A DNA stretch of 64,000 bases from Octopus sinensis (Eukaryota). This document shows, piece after piece, positions 51,441-64,000 of the stretch (its first letter is position 1; each line of letters starts with the position of its first letter). Below the pieces are notes generated by a model. That model ran no database searches. It was given only the letters and a program-made list of their open reading frames with translations, and was not told the DNA's origin. A program made the translations under genes and the position numbers. Location of the stretch: NCBI RefSeq assembly GCF_006345805.1, contig NC_042999.1, forward strand, positions 126,046,001-126,110,000, in the 5' to 3' direction.

Positions 51441-54400
51441 TGATGAAGAATAATATTTCAGATCAATTGCTCTAAAAGAAAGGCCATTGACGCTGAATGT
51501 TTATAACACTTTTAAAACAACATTACTGGAACGAATATTCCAATAAGAAATATACTGGGTAGCATAAAAATTATTTATATATATATATATATTGTTGTGG
51601 TTCTCATTAGTCCGGTAGTTGAGAAAACTTGCACTGAACTTGCAGAAAAGACAAGCATGCGCCTTGAATTAATTTGAGTAGCTTAAGTTCTGTGTGATGT
51701 TTACCAATCGTTTATTTGGGAGTGTTGCAAGAATTATGATCTTTCTAAGATTTCTTAGCATATCTTTGCTGTGTAACTTGAGGATTACATCAGTATAAAT
51801 GCAAATACATATAATATATGTGCATAATCAGCATTCATCTACCTCATTTTGAAATTCCATTTGTAGCACAGAATTGAATACAAGAAAAAAAGCTAGATTT
51901 TTATTATTTCAATTCTTGATAGTAATATTGATGTCACAAACGTCGTTTAAAATTATTGGCAAAATAGCTTAATAAATGCTATGCCAATGATTTAAAACTT
52001 AATATATATAATGACAGATTTAAACCAACTAGTATTATTTCGGATATTCACATGCCTCATGCATTTATGGAATGCAACAAAAATTCGTACTTCACATGAA
52101 GCGGCGACTACTCGTCGTATAATGGTGAGTCATGACATTGAAGATGCTGTTGGCTTGTACCTCATTAACAGCAATCATCTTTTTTTATCTTTTCGGTACT
52201 ATAGTTTACGAGAATTAATCCTGAACTTGATAGTCACGGTGACGGGCATTGCTTCGTTATACCAATATCATTTTACAAATATTCTATCATTGCAGCAACA
52301 TTGATACATTGTAACTATTGATTCATTATACAATAGTAGTAGAAACACCACCTCTGGGCAATTTTCTGCTGGTATGTGTTGAACAGAAGAATTGTAGTGG
52401 CGAAAGAAATAGCGCAGTATGTATTGTGTATTATTATATTATAATCAATATACTAAATGAAATCAATATATTACCTTACAATAAACGTAAAATTGAAAGA
52501 GACACAGAAAATAACTCAGGGTTTTTATTAATCAAAGGACCATCGTTTACATATATAGTGTATAGCCGAATGAAATTTTAAATAATACAATTTCTATATA
52601 ATTTTGATATGATAAATAGATATATTCTCGACGTATCTAAATATCTTCTAATGAATCACAAGCATTCTCGATGTATCTAAAAGAAAACTTTGTAACCATT
52701 ACAGAGAGATAGAGAAAGAGAGATAGGGAGACAGAGAAAAAGAGATAGAGAAAGAGAGATAGAGATACAGAGAAAGAGAGAGAGAAATAAGATGTTTATA
52801 AACGCTATAATGAATACAACAGTGATAGAGAAAAATTTATAAGAATAGAAAGAAAGAAGATGTTGAAAAACAACCCCTCTATAATGCGCTATAAGGTGGT
52901 GAAAAATGCTATCTCGCAGTGAATTAAGATTAGTTGAAATCTTCAATAATATGAAAAACTTGGAAACTACATTTTGATAAAAAAATATATTGAAATTGGA
53001 ATTCGTAAGAATTTTCTAGACAATTGCTTTCTTTTAGTAAAAGTTAAATGATCCAAGATATTTAATAAGCAGCTTTCTCTGTTACAGTATAGATAAATAT
53101 ATATATTCGTACATATATACTGACACTCACTCACTCACACACACACAAACACACACACATATAATCAATATAATATAATAAAACTATATTGGTATAATGA
53201 ATCAATGCCAGTATAATGAATACACACACATACACACATCGAATCATTATATCAATATGTTTTTTTTATTACACTAATACTAAAGTCGTTTCAACATTCG
53301 TCAAGACATTAAACGGATAATTCATTTAGAATACTTTCATCTCCAAAAAACGCCATCAAAACAAACATATCGTTACCAACTAAAAACATAATGATCCAGC
53401 ATTTCTTAAATCGCACATTTCATCGACTAGTCTCAGATCTATGTTCTTTATTAACGTGGTGCATTTAAAAAGAAATGGATTAGAGCTTTGATTTTCTCAC
53501 ACATTCACAATTTTTTGCTGGTTGTTTTACCATCTTTAGCTCATCCTTTATATCTATTATAACACCGTCTTAATCATTGTAATAAAATACCTTATATTAT
53601 CGTCGTTTGCTGTCAGCTCTGATAGTAGACACATGACCAAAGTATCTTTTTGCATATCTAGGACTACATTGTGTAATGTATCCTCCCATTTTTAAGAGAT
53701 TAGGATCTGGTTTGAATGATATTTAACTCCTATTTTAGCAGGTTGAATGAAGGCATACATGCATCTTTTTGGAAGAATATGTTGTCAAGCTCTAAGTCAG
53801 CCCTGGACAAGCATACATGATCAAAGACACGAGGCTATTACGTTTTTTTTTCCTTTTTTGCCGAGGCTGTACATCGAAGGATACATTATCCAATGTATTC
53901 TTTATATTTTTAAGAAAGGAAGCTGCAATTTTATCGAGATTTGACTGCTATTTTTAACATATGTGACCACGTAAGCGGTTCTTTAATTTCATAGAATCAC
54001 CAACGCAGGAGATGTTAGAAAAATTGATAAAATACATTTCTTTTTTATTAATTTAAAACCAAATAATTTCTTTAACTAGGGCATCAGCCTTTTAATTGCA
54101 TAACTGGAAAACCTTTTAAAGAACAGACTATACTTCATTTAATAGATGACAGGTTGTGAAATATCAAATTTGTAAAGATGTATATTCTTCTAGAAAATGC
54201 GAATATAATTCGTAGCAATCTAAGTTTTTCTATCATTTACAATAATTATTTAGTTAATTGTCATCGTCTGTTTTCCAAAGCAGAGTCTGTAAGGCTACGG
54301 AAATATAACAATCCCGTATCTCTCAGATAATAGTTTTTCTATTTTCTGCTGCTGGTTATGTTGTATATCTGAACAAAATACTTCATTCTACTTACATGAG

Positions 54401-54548
54401 ACCCAATCTTAGTTTAAGATTAGAGATGCTTCTGATATCAAAAAAGATAGTCTAAATGTGGTTTCCTGAAAATAAACTCGATTTCCTGAAAATAAGAGCC
54501 AAATCTTCCTCAAATCACACCTTAAATAGGGAGGGACACGCTTTAGAT

Positions 54549-54916
54549 CAGTGGTTGTCAACCATTTTTTACCTATGATTACCTTTGATTAGTATTTTAT
54601 TCTGGTGGACCCCATAACCATTCGATGTTTAAAAACTAGTTTTATAGATACTTCTTTCAAAACTCATTTTTGTTTTTTTCAAACATTCACTTGTGTATGT
54701 ATAATTTTAGAGAAAGTTTCTTGCAATAAAAACATCTAAAGCAAAATTTTTTCAGGGACCCCTAAAATACTACTGCGGATCCCCAATTTACTATTTGGTT
54801 GCATGTACCCCCAAAATATGACTGCAGATCCTCAATTTACTATTGTGCCTGTGTTTACCCCTAAAAATCTTATATGGACATTCTGGAGTCATATGGATCC
54901 GGGTTGAGAAACACTG
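54549..54916. mobile_element. hAT-type MITE
   Basis: TIRs CAGTGGTTGTCAACC / GGTTGAGAAACACTG with an imperfect 8-bp TSD (CTTTAGAT / TTTTAAAT) and internal tandem subrepeats. Confidence 0.8.
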
Positions 54917-55975
54917 TTTTAAATAATATATGCCAACATGCTCCCTAGAAAGATAGGTTAGTCATGGCTGTTCAATGCCTTTGACCATAGGTTTGCTTGA
55001 TAAGGATCAATCTGGAGTTGAACAAAACAAAAACGAAACTAAGAATATAGTTCCAAGATATTTTTGCGGATGCTCTGGGATGCATCATAAACGATGTTTC
55101 TTGGGTCAGATTCCCTCACCAAATGATCCAGTAGGGGTTGACCAAGTCCCATCTTGTATCCTCGTAGCAGCAAACCATCAGTCCATCCACTTTATCCAAA
55201 GCCGCCTCGTCACCTTCTCTACAACTTTAGTAATGAAATTTATTGTGTTCTCTTCTTTGCTACACCAATAACACAAGCCCTTTCAGAGCTTTGCAGACCG
55301 AACGCCCCACAAAATTCTCGCACTCCATTTGAATTGCTTCGCAACAGATCTCCTAGCCAACCCTGGTTTCTGCACAACTCTACCAGCTCCTGGTATTTGG
55401 CAAATGAAAATAAAATACAAAAATAAAGAGACAGGCATAAAAAAAATTGGAAAGACATGTAGTGAGAAGATAAAAGGAGAAATACTACGTAGAAGAATTT
55501 AAACCAATAAAACAATCTAAACAACAACATCAAGTATGAAGCAGCTGTAAACATCAAATGAGGTTTTAAAAAGACTGAGACGTCATATTGTCTTGTCCCT
55601 TTCTTATGTTTCCTCGATTCGTTTCATTAACTTTAATGAGGCAGATTAACTGGTTGAATTTCATATATTTTGCTTGTAATCTTAGATGGCAATTGTCTGT
55701 AAATAAAAATAGCTGCCGCTACTCTCTTCTGAATAGATGTTTACATAGGAATTCATGTTTCGTTTTATTTTAGTTTTCTGTTTAACAACGCGCAAACTAT
55801 ATTTCAATTTATATCTATTTTGAAATTTTATATTTTATTTTTCTTAGAATCATTTTGTATTTCATATGCTATTTTTCCTCCTCTCTTTTTAAATTCTGTC
55901 AATCGTTGTTTCATCTTGCTCCTTCAAATTTCTTGATATATTACACACATATACATATATATGTACACCTAGTGC

Positions 55976-56011
<36 letters not shown>

Positions 56012-56141
56012 ATCTATATATTATATATATATATATAAGATATATATATGTACATATATATCTATGTATATATACATATATTTATATACATACATATATA
56101 CATATAATACATACATACATACATACATATAATACATATAC

Positions 56142-56198
<57 letters not shown>

Positions 56199-56200
56199 TA

Positions 56201-56712
56201 CTAGCAGTATCGCCCGGCGTTGCTCGGGTTTGTAAGGGAAATAACTATATAAGCATTTTTAGAGAGTTACTTCCCTTATAGATGCCAATTCGGTCTTTCT
56301 TAACCATTTTTGTTTTGGTGTCTTCAAGCCATGAAGTCGTTGTTCTAAAAGAACGCTGGTCTCCTTCACAACGCATTACGACGTTGATTTCTTTACACTC
56401 CCTTCCCCACAGCTTCACGAGGGAGGGAAGGGGGAGAAGCAAACAGGTGCAGCTGTGAGCGTGGACGCCAACTCCGCCGCCATCGACACACGATGCATTT
56501 TATGCATTAAAATGGAATAAAAAATTATGTTAAATTATTTTTAAAATCGTAGACTCATCGTTGACGCGCGCTAATAGTCAGACAGGCTCGATATGAATCA
56601 CGACTATAAGATACCCGAATTTGGTTAAACTGCACCGCAAAATGTGGGAGGAGTTAGGAATCTAAATCGAAGGGGACAGACACTCACACAACTAGAGTTT
56701 TATATATATAGA
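56201..56712 (-). mobile_element. Non-autonomous Helitron, same family, longer interior
   Basis: Same 5' (TC...GATTTAGATTCCTAACT) and 3' (CCCGAGCAACGCCGGGCGATACTGCTAG) ends as 6801-7132. Confidence 0.85.
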
Positions 56713-56754
56713 TATATATATATGTGTGTGTGTGTCTGTGTGTGTGTGTGTGTG

Positions 56755-57099
56755 CAGGCGTGGCTTTGTGGCAAGAAGCTTACTTCCCAACCACATAGTT
56801 CTAGGTTCAGTCCCAATGCGTGGCACATCGGGCAAGTGTCTACTACTATACTCTCTGGCATCTCAAAGCCTTGTGAATGGATTTAATAGGCGGAAACTGA
56901 AAGAAGCTCGTCGTATTAATGTGTGTGTGTGCGTGCGTGTGTCTTTGTCCCCCACCGCTGCTTGACAACCGGTGCTGATGTGTTTAGGTCCCCATAACTT
57001 AGCGGTTCGGCAAAAGCGACCGTTGGAATAAGTAATAGGCTTAAGAAATATGCCCTGGGGTCGATTTGTTCGACTAAAACTCTTCAAGGCGGTGATCCA
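56755..57099 (+). mobile_element. CORE-type SINE
   Basis: Matches 40113-40530. Confidence 0.85.
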
Positions 57100-57187
57100 C
57101 CGGTTGTCTACCTCGATATCCCTTTTGTGCATCGAGGTTTTGTTGCTATTTTCAGTTTCTCTCTGTCTCAATCTGTCTGTCTCTCAT

Positions 57188-57294
<107 letters not shown>

Positions 57295-57796
57295 GTCAAT
57301 ATTTTTTTATATTAGTGTGTGCGTGTGTGTATACGAATGTATGCATGTATGTGCGTATTTGTGTATTTTCTTTTAGTTATATTAAAAATATTCACCAATA
57401 GACAAAGAGCCAGTTTCTAACCCAGATTGTAAACTGTTTCTTTGTAAGTCAGACAACTTCAGCTAGGTACACAAATTCATATGTCTCTACACACATATGT
57501 ATGCGCGCACATGTCATTATATGTCTCTATTTTCTAATAGATATGGTTGCATGCCTTACATGTCTACAAGTATAAACAGGAGACTAAACTTTTGAAAGTT
57601 TTACATATTCTGACAGTTCCATTAATACATACATACATACATACATACATACATACATACATACATACATACATACATACATACATACATACAGTTCCAT
57701 TAATGGCTTGTAATTATAATCTTTCATTTAGCCATATCCTTTCTGGTTTTGTGAATTTCCACTTCTCGAGACTGATACTGAGAGAATTTGATATAT

Positions 57797-58750
57797 ATTA
57801 GGTTGTCAAGTATGAAATTTGTAAAAAAGAAAAAAAAAGTTTGCTAATGTTTTATAAATACAAGGAATAGATTTATTCATCAAAGTATGCACCCATATTG
57901 TCAATACACTTTTGCCATTTCAGTGGTAGCTTGTCTAGCCCGGAACTGTAAAAGCCTGGCAATCTAGAGTCAATAAAATCTTGGAAGGCCCATTTTACAG
58001 CATCGTCGGAATTAAATTTTTTTTCCAGTCAAAAAGTTATCCAAATTCTGGAAGAAGTGGTAGTCAGTGGGGGCAAGATCAGGTGAGTATGGTGGATGAT
58101 GGAGAACTTCTAACTTCAACTCCTGTAGTTCCGCCAATGTCATTTTTGCGATGTGCTGTCTGGCGTTGTCTGGCGTTGTCTTGCAATAAAATAGGTGTGG
58201 ATCTGTCGACTAATCTAGACTGCTTTTTGCTGCAGTATACTTCGGCCATGATTGATGAGCCAGGTTTAAGGAAATCATAATAGATTACACATGCGCCAGT
58301 CTACCAAACACATATCATCAGCTTCTTTTGATGAATTTTGCTTTTTGGACTATGTTTTGGTGATTTGTCTTTGTCCAGCCATTGTGCCGAACGTTTACGG
58401 TTGTTGTATTGGATCCATTTTTCATCACATGTTACAATTCGATTAAAAAATGGTTCATTTTTGTGACGAGAAAGTAGCGTAATGCAGGCTTAACAACGAT
58501 AATTCACGGGCACTTTGAGATGGATCTGACTCGACGGTGGCTTTCAGTTTGTCGTTATCCACCTTTGCTTCTGCTCGACCGCGTTGCTCTTTTGTGAGGT
58601 CAAAGTTACCAGAACGAAATTTTGCAAACCAATTTGATACTATCTGCTGTGTAATAACATTAGAATGAAAAACTCCATTAATATTCCGAGCTGTCTGTGA
58701 GGCTGTACTTCCAAGAAAGAATTCATATTTTAAAACTGTACGAATTTCCG
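57797..58750 (-). mobile_element. Decayed mariner transposase
   Basis: The minus strand encodes NRIVTCDEKWIQYNNRKRSAQWLDKD and HHPPYSPDLAPTDYHF. A TA-TTAGGTTG terminus lies at about 57795. Confidence 0.9.
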
Positions 58751-58820
58751 ACTTATCTCAGTTAACGATATCCGACATGTCATGTTTATGCTTGGTTGTA
58801 GTTTTGATGATGTTCCATTA

Positions 58821-58851
<31 letters not shown>

Positions 58852-58873
58852 TGTATGTATGTATGTATGTACA

Positions 58874-58965
<92 letters not shown>

Positions 58966-60059
58966 TGTATTTATGCTTTCTGTGTTTGTTAAATTTCACC
59001 ACTGGAAAAAGGCCTATTTCTCGCCTAGAAACAAGGTGTCTTTCACTGAAATTTAAACAATATTAATGGAGTAGTTGTGCATGCGTGCATGACTGTCTGC
59101 ACGTATGTATATATTTATGCCTTGTTCGTATTTGCGCACGAATGTATATGTGTATATATATGCATGTCTTTGCATGTGTGAATCCGTTTGTCTTGCTTCA
59201 TGTACATGTTACTATGACATTATATTTATGTAAATTAATCAAACGGAAGAAGGGAAATCAAACACACCACATAAAGAGAATAATGAAATATTTATCACAA
59301 GCTTGTATACTGTGAAAGGGAATCAGGGGTTTAGTAGCTTACTTTACTTTTGAGAGAAACACATTTTTTCCTCTTCATAGGAATATTATTTAATGCGTTT
59401 CCTCAAACCGAAAGAAATAACACCCAAATCTCACTTCAATCAATCACACTCATCCGTCTTAAGAAGGAAGTGAAGAGCAAACTAAGATAATTTATTGTTA
59501 GATATATTATACATGAAAAAAAAACTGCATGATTGTGACGGATGGAACGGCTTTGATCAAATGTTTGTTCGAGCAGAGCTTGACAACAACTTTATAAAGT
59601 CTATTTTGTTTGAAATTTCAAATCAGTCGTAAAATCCAAATTAAGCAAATATTCTTTGTCTAGCATGTTGTGAATGCATACTTTGTCTTACTGTCTTTGA
59701 TATTGATGGTGCTGGTGTATTTTATATTATACGAGCAAAACTGTCCAATGGACAGTGCTGAGTTGTCAAACATTTAAACCAAATTTTCTCAAAACAACTT
59801 GTCCGACCGTCACATAGGCCTCCCCTTTGAGAAACACTGATTTAACCTAAAATTGAGACACCAGCAAAAGAAGAAATAAAGATAGACTTTTTTTCTATTC
59901 CAAAGAAAAACGATTTCATTCACACAAATATGCAACCGAAGAGATTAAAGTACCAGTAATGATAAGGCTGTTGACTGGGAGGACACAAACATGGTTTAAA
60001 CAGTAAGCTTGACAGGAAAGAAATACGCCTTTAAGCAGTACAAAAACAACAAAAAAATG

Positions 60060-60291
60060 GAAGGTTCAGTTATGTACAGGTTGACGGAAGAAAAGCAGGA
60101 CAAAAACGGCTCTATCGATCGCATTCTCACCTGGAATCAATTTTTGTAACATTTTCAAGACTTATACACTTATACACGCCCTGATACCGTCGGTATCTAC
60201 ATATCAAATTTGAGCGCAATCGGATGGAGGATGCCCGAGATCCGAGAAGCCACACATACACAGACAGACAGAACGGATTTTATATAAGAGA
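60060..60291 (-). mobile_element. Partial Helitron/Helentron-like non-autonomous element
   Basis: The minus strand starts TCTCTTATATAAAATCCGTTCTGTCTGTCTG and contains CCGATTGCGCTCAAATTTG; the 3' end was not located. Confidence 0.5.
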
Positions 60292-60959
60292 TTTGTAACA
60301 TGAATAAGTCATTTATATATAAATGTTCTTTGCCTACATAACCTTGACCCAAGACACCTATTATTAGGCGCATTCGTAAGTGTCCTTAAAAATAAAATGA
60401 CAGTAGCATTTAATTTGAATACATTTAACTGCTGTTTCTATCAGATCGAGCGTCTATGTAGAAGTTCCCTCGTTAGCCCGTTTACTGACATTTTGCAGTA
60501 ATTAGTAGATAATGTTCTCCACACGTTCGTATATTTAAACAAGACGCGAATGCAAACACGAAAGGACAGCCGTTGGGATTCCTTGCATCGTTGAGATGTT
60601 ATTTTAATCTTCTCGTATTTGCAGCTTCTGGTAGGAATGGGAGACGGGGGTCTCTTAATAACCAACGATCTCCGACTTTTCTATTCTTTGACCCCAAAAG
60701 TAGTGACCTTCATCCGAATGGTTCGAGTCACCTGAAGTATATATGAACTACACCGAGAAAAATATCTTTTACCTGGATGTCATTTTCTTTCTCATCTTTT
60801 TTTTCCTTTTGGTATTTTACTCTTTCTTTTTATTTATAATATTTTATTTATATATTTTATTATCTTCCTAAAGAAGATACACAAATCTGAACAAGCCATG
60901 GTGTATTAATAATTAGATTTTTGAGTAACCTCTTTCAAAAATCGAAGTGCAATAATATT

Positions 60960-61340
60960 TCAATTTATTGACCCCGAAATACTTAATTTATTTATTGACC
61001 CCGAAAGGATGAAAGGCAAGGTCGACCTCGACGGAATTTGAACTTAGAACGTAACGGCAGACGAAATACGGCTACGCATTTCGCCAGGCGCGCTAACGTT
61101 TCTGCCAGCTCGCCGCTTTTGAGAGTTTAAATAATAGCTTCTAATTTAGACAGAAGACCATCAATCTTTGAAGAGGAGGAGTTAGTCGAATATATCGATT
61201 CCTGTAATTGAATGGTACTCTATTTTATCGACCCCAGAGGAACGAAAAGGAAAACTGGCACCAACAGTATGTAAAGAGACCGGAACAAATATTGCAAGGC
61301 ATTTTTCCCGATGCTCCAACGTTTTTGCCAGATCGTCGCC
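60960..61340 (-). mobile_element. Two tRNA-derived SINEs
   Basis: Family motifs on the minus strand. Confidence 0.8.
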
Positions 61341-61724
61341 TTATTGTAAATTCTTTCTCATCGAGCGTTTTCTTCTTGCCTTATTGGCTTAACTGCATTC
61401 ATAATTCTGAAAGAAGCTAGCAGAACTACGATGTAGTTTTCCAATATACTTTGCGATCACACAATCACTACAACGGTCACCATCCACCGCTACTACCACG
61501 AACGTCTTTACTTGCGCGATTAAGTTCTCGTAAAGAATCTGTTTCCATTTAAAATATTGTTCGATTGTTTTACTGGCGTCTGAAGGCGAATTAGTTCTTC
61601 CCATAATTCCCGAATCCGTTTTTTGTTCTGTTTGTGTTTAGGCCGGCAAAAGGAACGTGGGAGATAAAAACAGAAAATGTTACTTTTGGATGTTTTAGCC
61701 TTTTTTTAAGTATCTAATTATCAT

Positions 61725-61763
<39 letters not shown>

Positions 61764-62087
61764 TGTGTGTGTGTGTGTGTGTATGTTTCACTCGCTCACA
61801 CATATGCACACTTTTCAAATATAGAAAGAAGCACTCACACACATATATTCTTCTTTATCTTATTTGCGGTACGTATTGCTGTTATATTTGTTTTAATTCC
61901 ATTAAAAAACAAGGAACGAATTATAAGTTAGGGTTTTCTAATTGTGTATCGTATATGGGGGTTGATATTGAGATGTTTATCGTTCAAAAGAAATAAGAAA
62001 GTGGCATTAACATTCGTCGGGAGATTGGTGGTGGCACAAAGGATATTAGTCACATGCACGCACACACACACATACCACACACACGCA

Positions 62088-62202
62088 CATGTATATATAT
62101 ATATATATATATATTCATACACACACATATAGACATATATATACATGCATGTATACATACATACACACACGCATGTATACACACATGCATGTATACATAC
62201 AT

Positions 62203-62235
<33 letters not shown>

Positions 62236-62345
62236 CATATATTCATACACACACATATAGACATATATATACATACATGCATGTATACATACATACACGC
62301 ATGTATACACACATGCATGTATACATACATACACACACACATATA
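62088..62345 (+). repeat. Tandem duplication of a compound microsatellite block, period about 128 bp
   Basis: TTCATACACACACATATAGAC recurs at 62114 and 62242. Confidence 0.75.
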
Positions 62346-63099
62346 TACACATAATTTCGTGTAGTTTGTATGTTTATATGTGTGCGTGCATGTATATTAT
62401 ATGTATATATATATGTGTGTGTATATATGTATTTATGTGTACACGATCCCGCACGCACACACACATATACACTCATAAACAAACACACGTATGCATGCCT
62501 AATTTAACCATTATAAAGCATTCATTTCACTCGTGTGTGTGTGTTCTGTTCTCAGAACCCACACACGTTTTACTCCTTGACACTCACTTTTCTTATTGTT
62601 CACTGTCAATTCAGCCGTCAGAGTCTCTCTCACTCTTTCTCTGTAACTTGCTCGCTCTATCACAAACGCACTACACTCAGTTGCTATCACTTTATTACGA
62701 TGGTGGCCTGATAAAGCACTGGCCGGTGTTTTAGACGAAATCTGAAAGAATTACTCGAAGCTTTCATCTCAAATTGTAGCTGACGAAGGATTAAGCATGG
62801 GATATCTTAATAAAGAAAACAGATGAAAAAAAAATAGCCGCAATACTAACAACAAAAAGGACACCCTACAACTTTTTTGTATTTCAATGAGAAAAAGAAA
62901 ACAGCAATAAGAAAACAGAATAACAGCAGCAGCAGCAACAGCGACATCAACAGCAGAAGCAATAACGTCATACAAATTGGTGTTTTAACTGTGATGTGGA
63001 TACAGTTTCTTTGGTTTAAACATGTAGCCATCTAGCTTAGAAAATTCTGCGGTAACACACACACACACACAAATACATACACACACACATATATATATG

Positions 63100-63149
<50 letters not shown>

Positions 63150-63326
63150 ATAATATATTATATATATATAAATCTTTTTATATGTATATATATGTATTTA
63201 GATATATTTCCATGTTTATATATGTATTTATGTGTTCCTTATACATATAGATATATATACATATGTCTATACACACACATATATATGCACACATATATAT
63301 ATATATATATATATACCTATACATAC

Positions 63327-63405
<79 letters not shown>

Positions 63406-63454
63406 TATGCACATATATATACCTGTACATATATACATATATATATATATATAA

Positions 63455-64000
63455 ATCCTTTAAAATGTTTTAGCCAGAAGGCCGCGGCCATGCTGGGGCA
63501 CCACCGCTGAATGAGCTACACTAATATATGAATCCACCTCTGATACGTGGCACTTGATCAACAAGGGAGTTCGATGCTGCTGCCCGCATCTGCGTCTCCT
63601 GTCGTGAGGTAGGTTCATCTGGGACTCCCGACAAGAAGAGATACAGTTTAGTTTTAAAGAAACCCACATCCACACCGTGTAAGTCTCTCAGGCATTTAGG
63701 GAGGATGTTAAAGAGCTGTGGTCCTCTGAAACCCAAGCTGTTGCAGTATCTGGTCCTCTATTTTGATGGTGATGTTGGAATCTTTGGCACCATGCAGTGG
63801 CGCCCCGTTCTGCGGTTGGGGTAACTTTGAATGCCAAAGTTTGGGACAAGACCCTCCAGGATTTTCCAGATGTATATCACCGCATATCTCTCCCGCCTCC
63901 GCTCTAGGGAGAAGAGGTTTAATACTTTCAGTCTTTCCCAGTAGCTGATATTTTGCATTGAGACGAGCTTCTTTGTGTAGCTTCTCTGAATTGCTTCGAG
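63455..64000 (-). pseudogene. CR1/L2-group LINE 3' end (continues beyond window)
   Basis: SYWERLKVLNLFSLERRRERYAVIYIWKIL and GPQLFNILP, followed by a short 3' UTR abutting a TA-rich tract. Confidence 0.85.

Noticed and set aside
62780-62825. CTGACGA...GAAA with a partial ATTAAG/CTTAAT stem
   Set aside because: The stem II base is unpaired and there is no stem III; likely chance.

Overview
This is AT-rich eukaryotic genomic DNA dominated by microsatellites ((TA)n, (CA)n, (GA)n, (TATC)n, (TACA)n, (TAA)n) and transposable elements. The SINE families and repeat landscape look like an Octopus (cephalopod) genome; this is inferred from recognised repeats, not from a search. I could not confidently identify any host protein-coding gene, and most ORFs in the track are translated microsatellites. 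Supported features are many tRNA-derived SINEs, a decayed R4/Dong-clade LINE, RTE and CR1-like LINE 3' fragments, two mariner transposase remnants, non-autonomous Helitrons and a hAT-type MITE. The most interesting signal is a set of fold-back (palindromic) elements sitting in (TA)n tracts. Two of them carry minimal type I hammerhead-ribozyme folds in both arms. One has a canonical CUGAAGA core. The other has a GUGAACA core, a reciprocal C3G/G8C swap that preserves the 3-8 tertiary pair. Their architecture matches Penelope-like pseudo-LTR or retrozyme-type elements. SINE boundaries are approximate and were read by eye.
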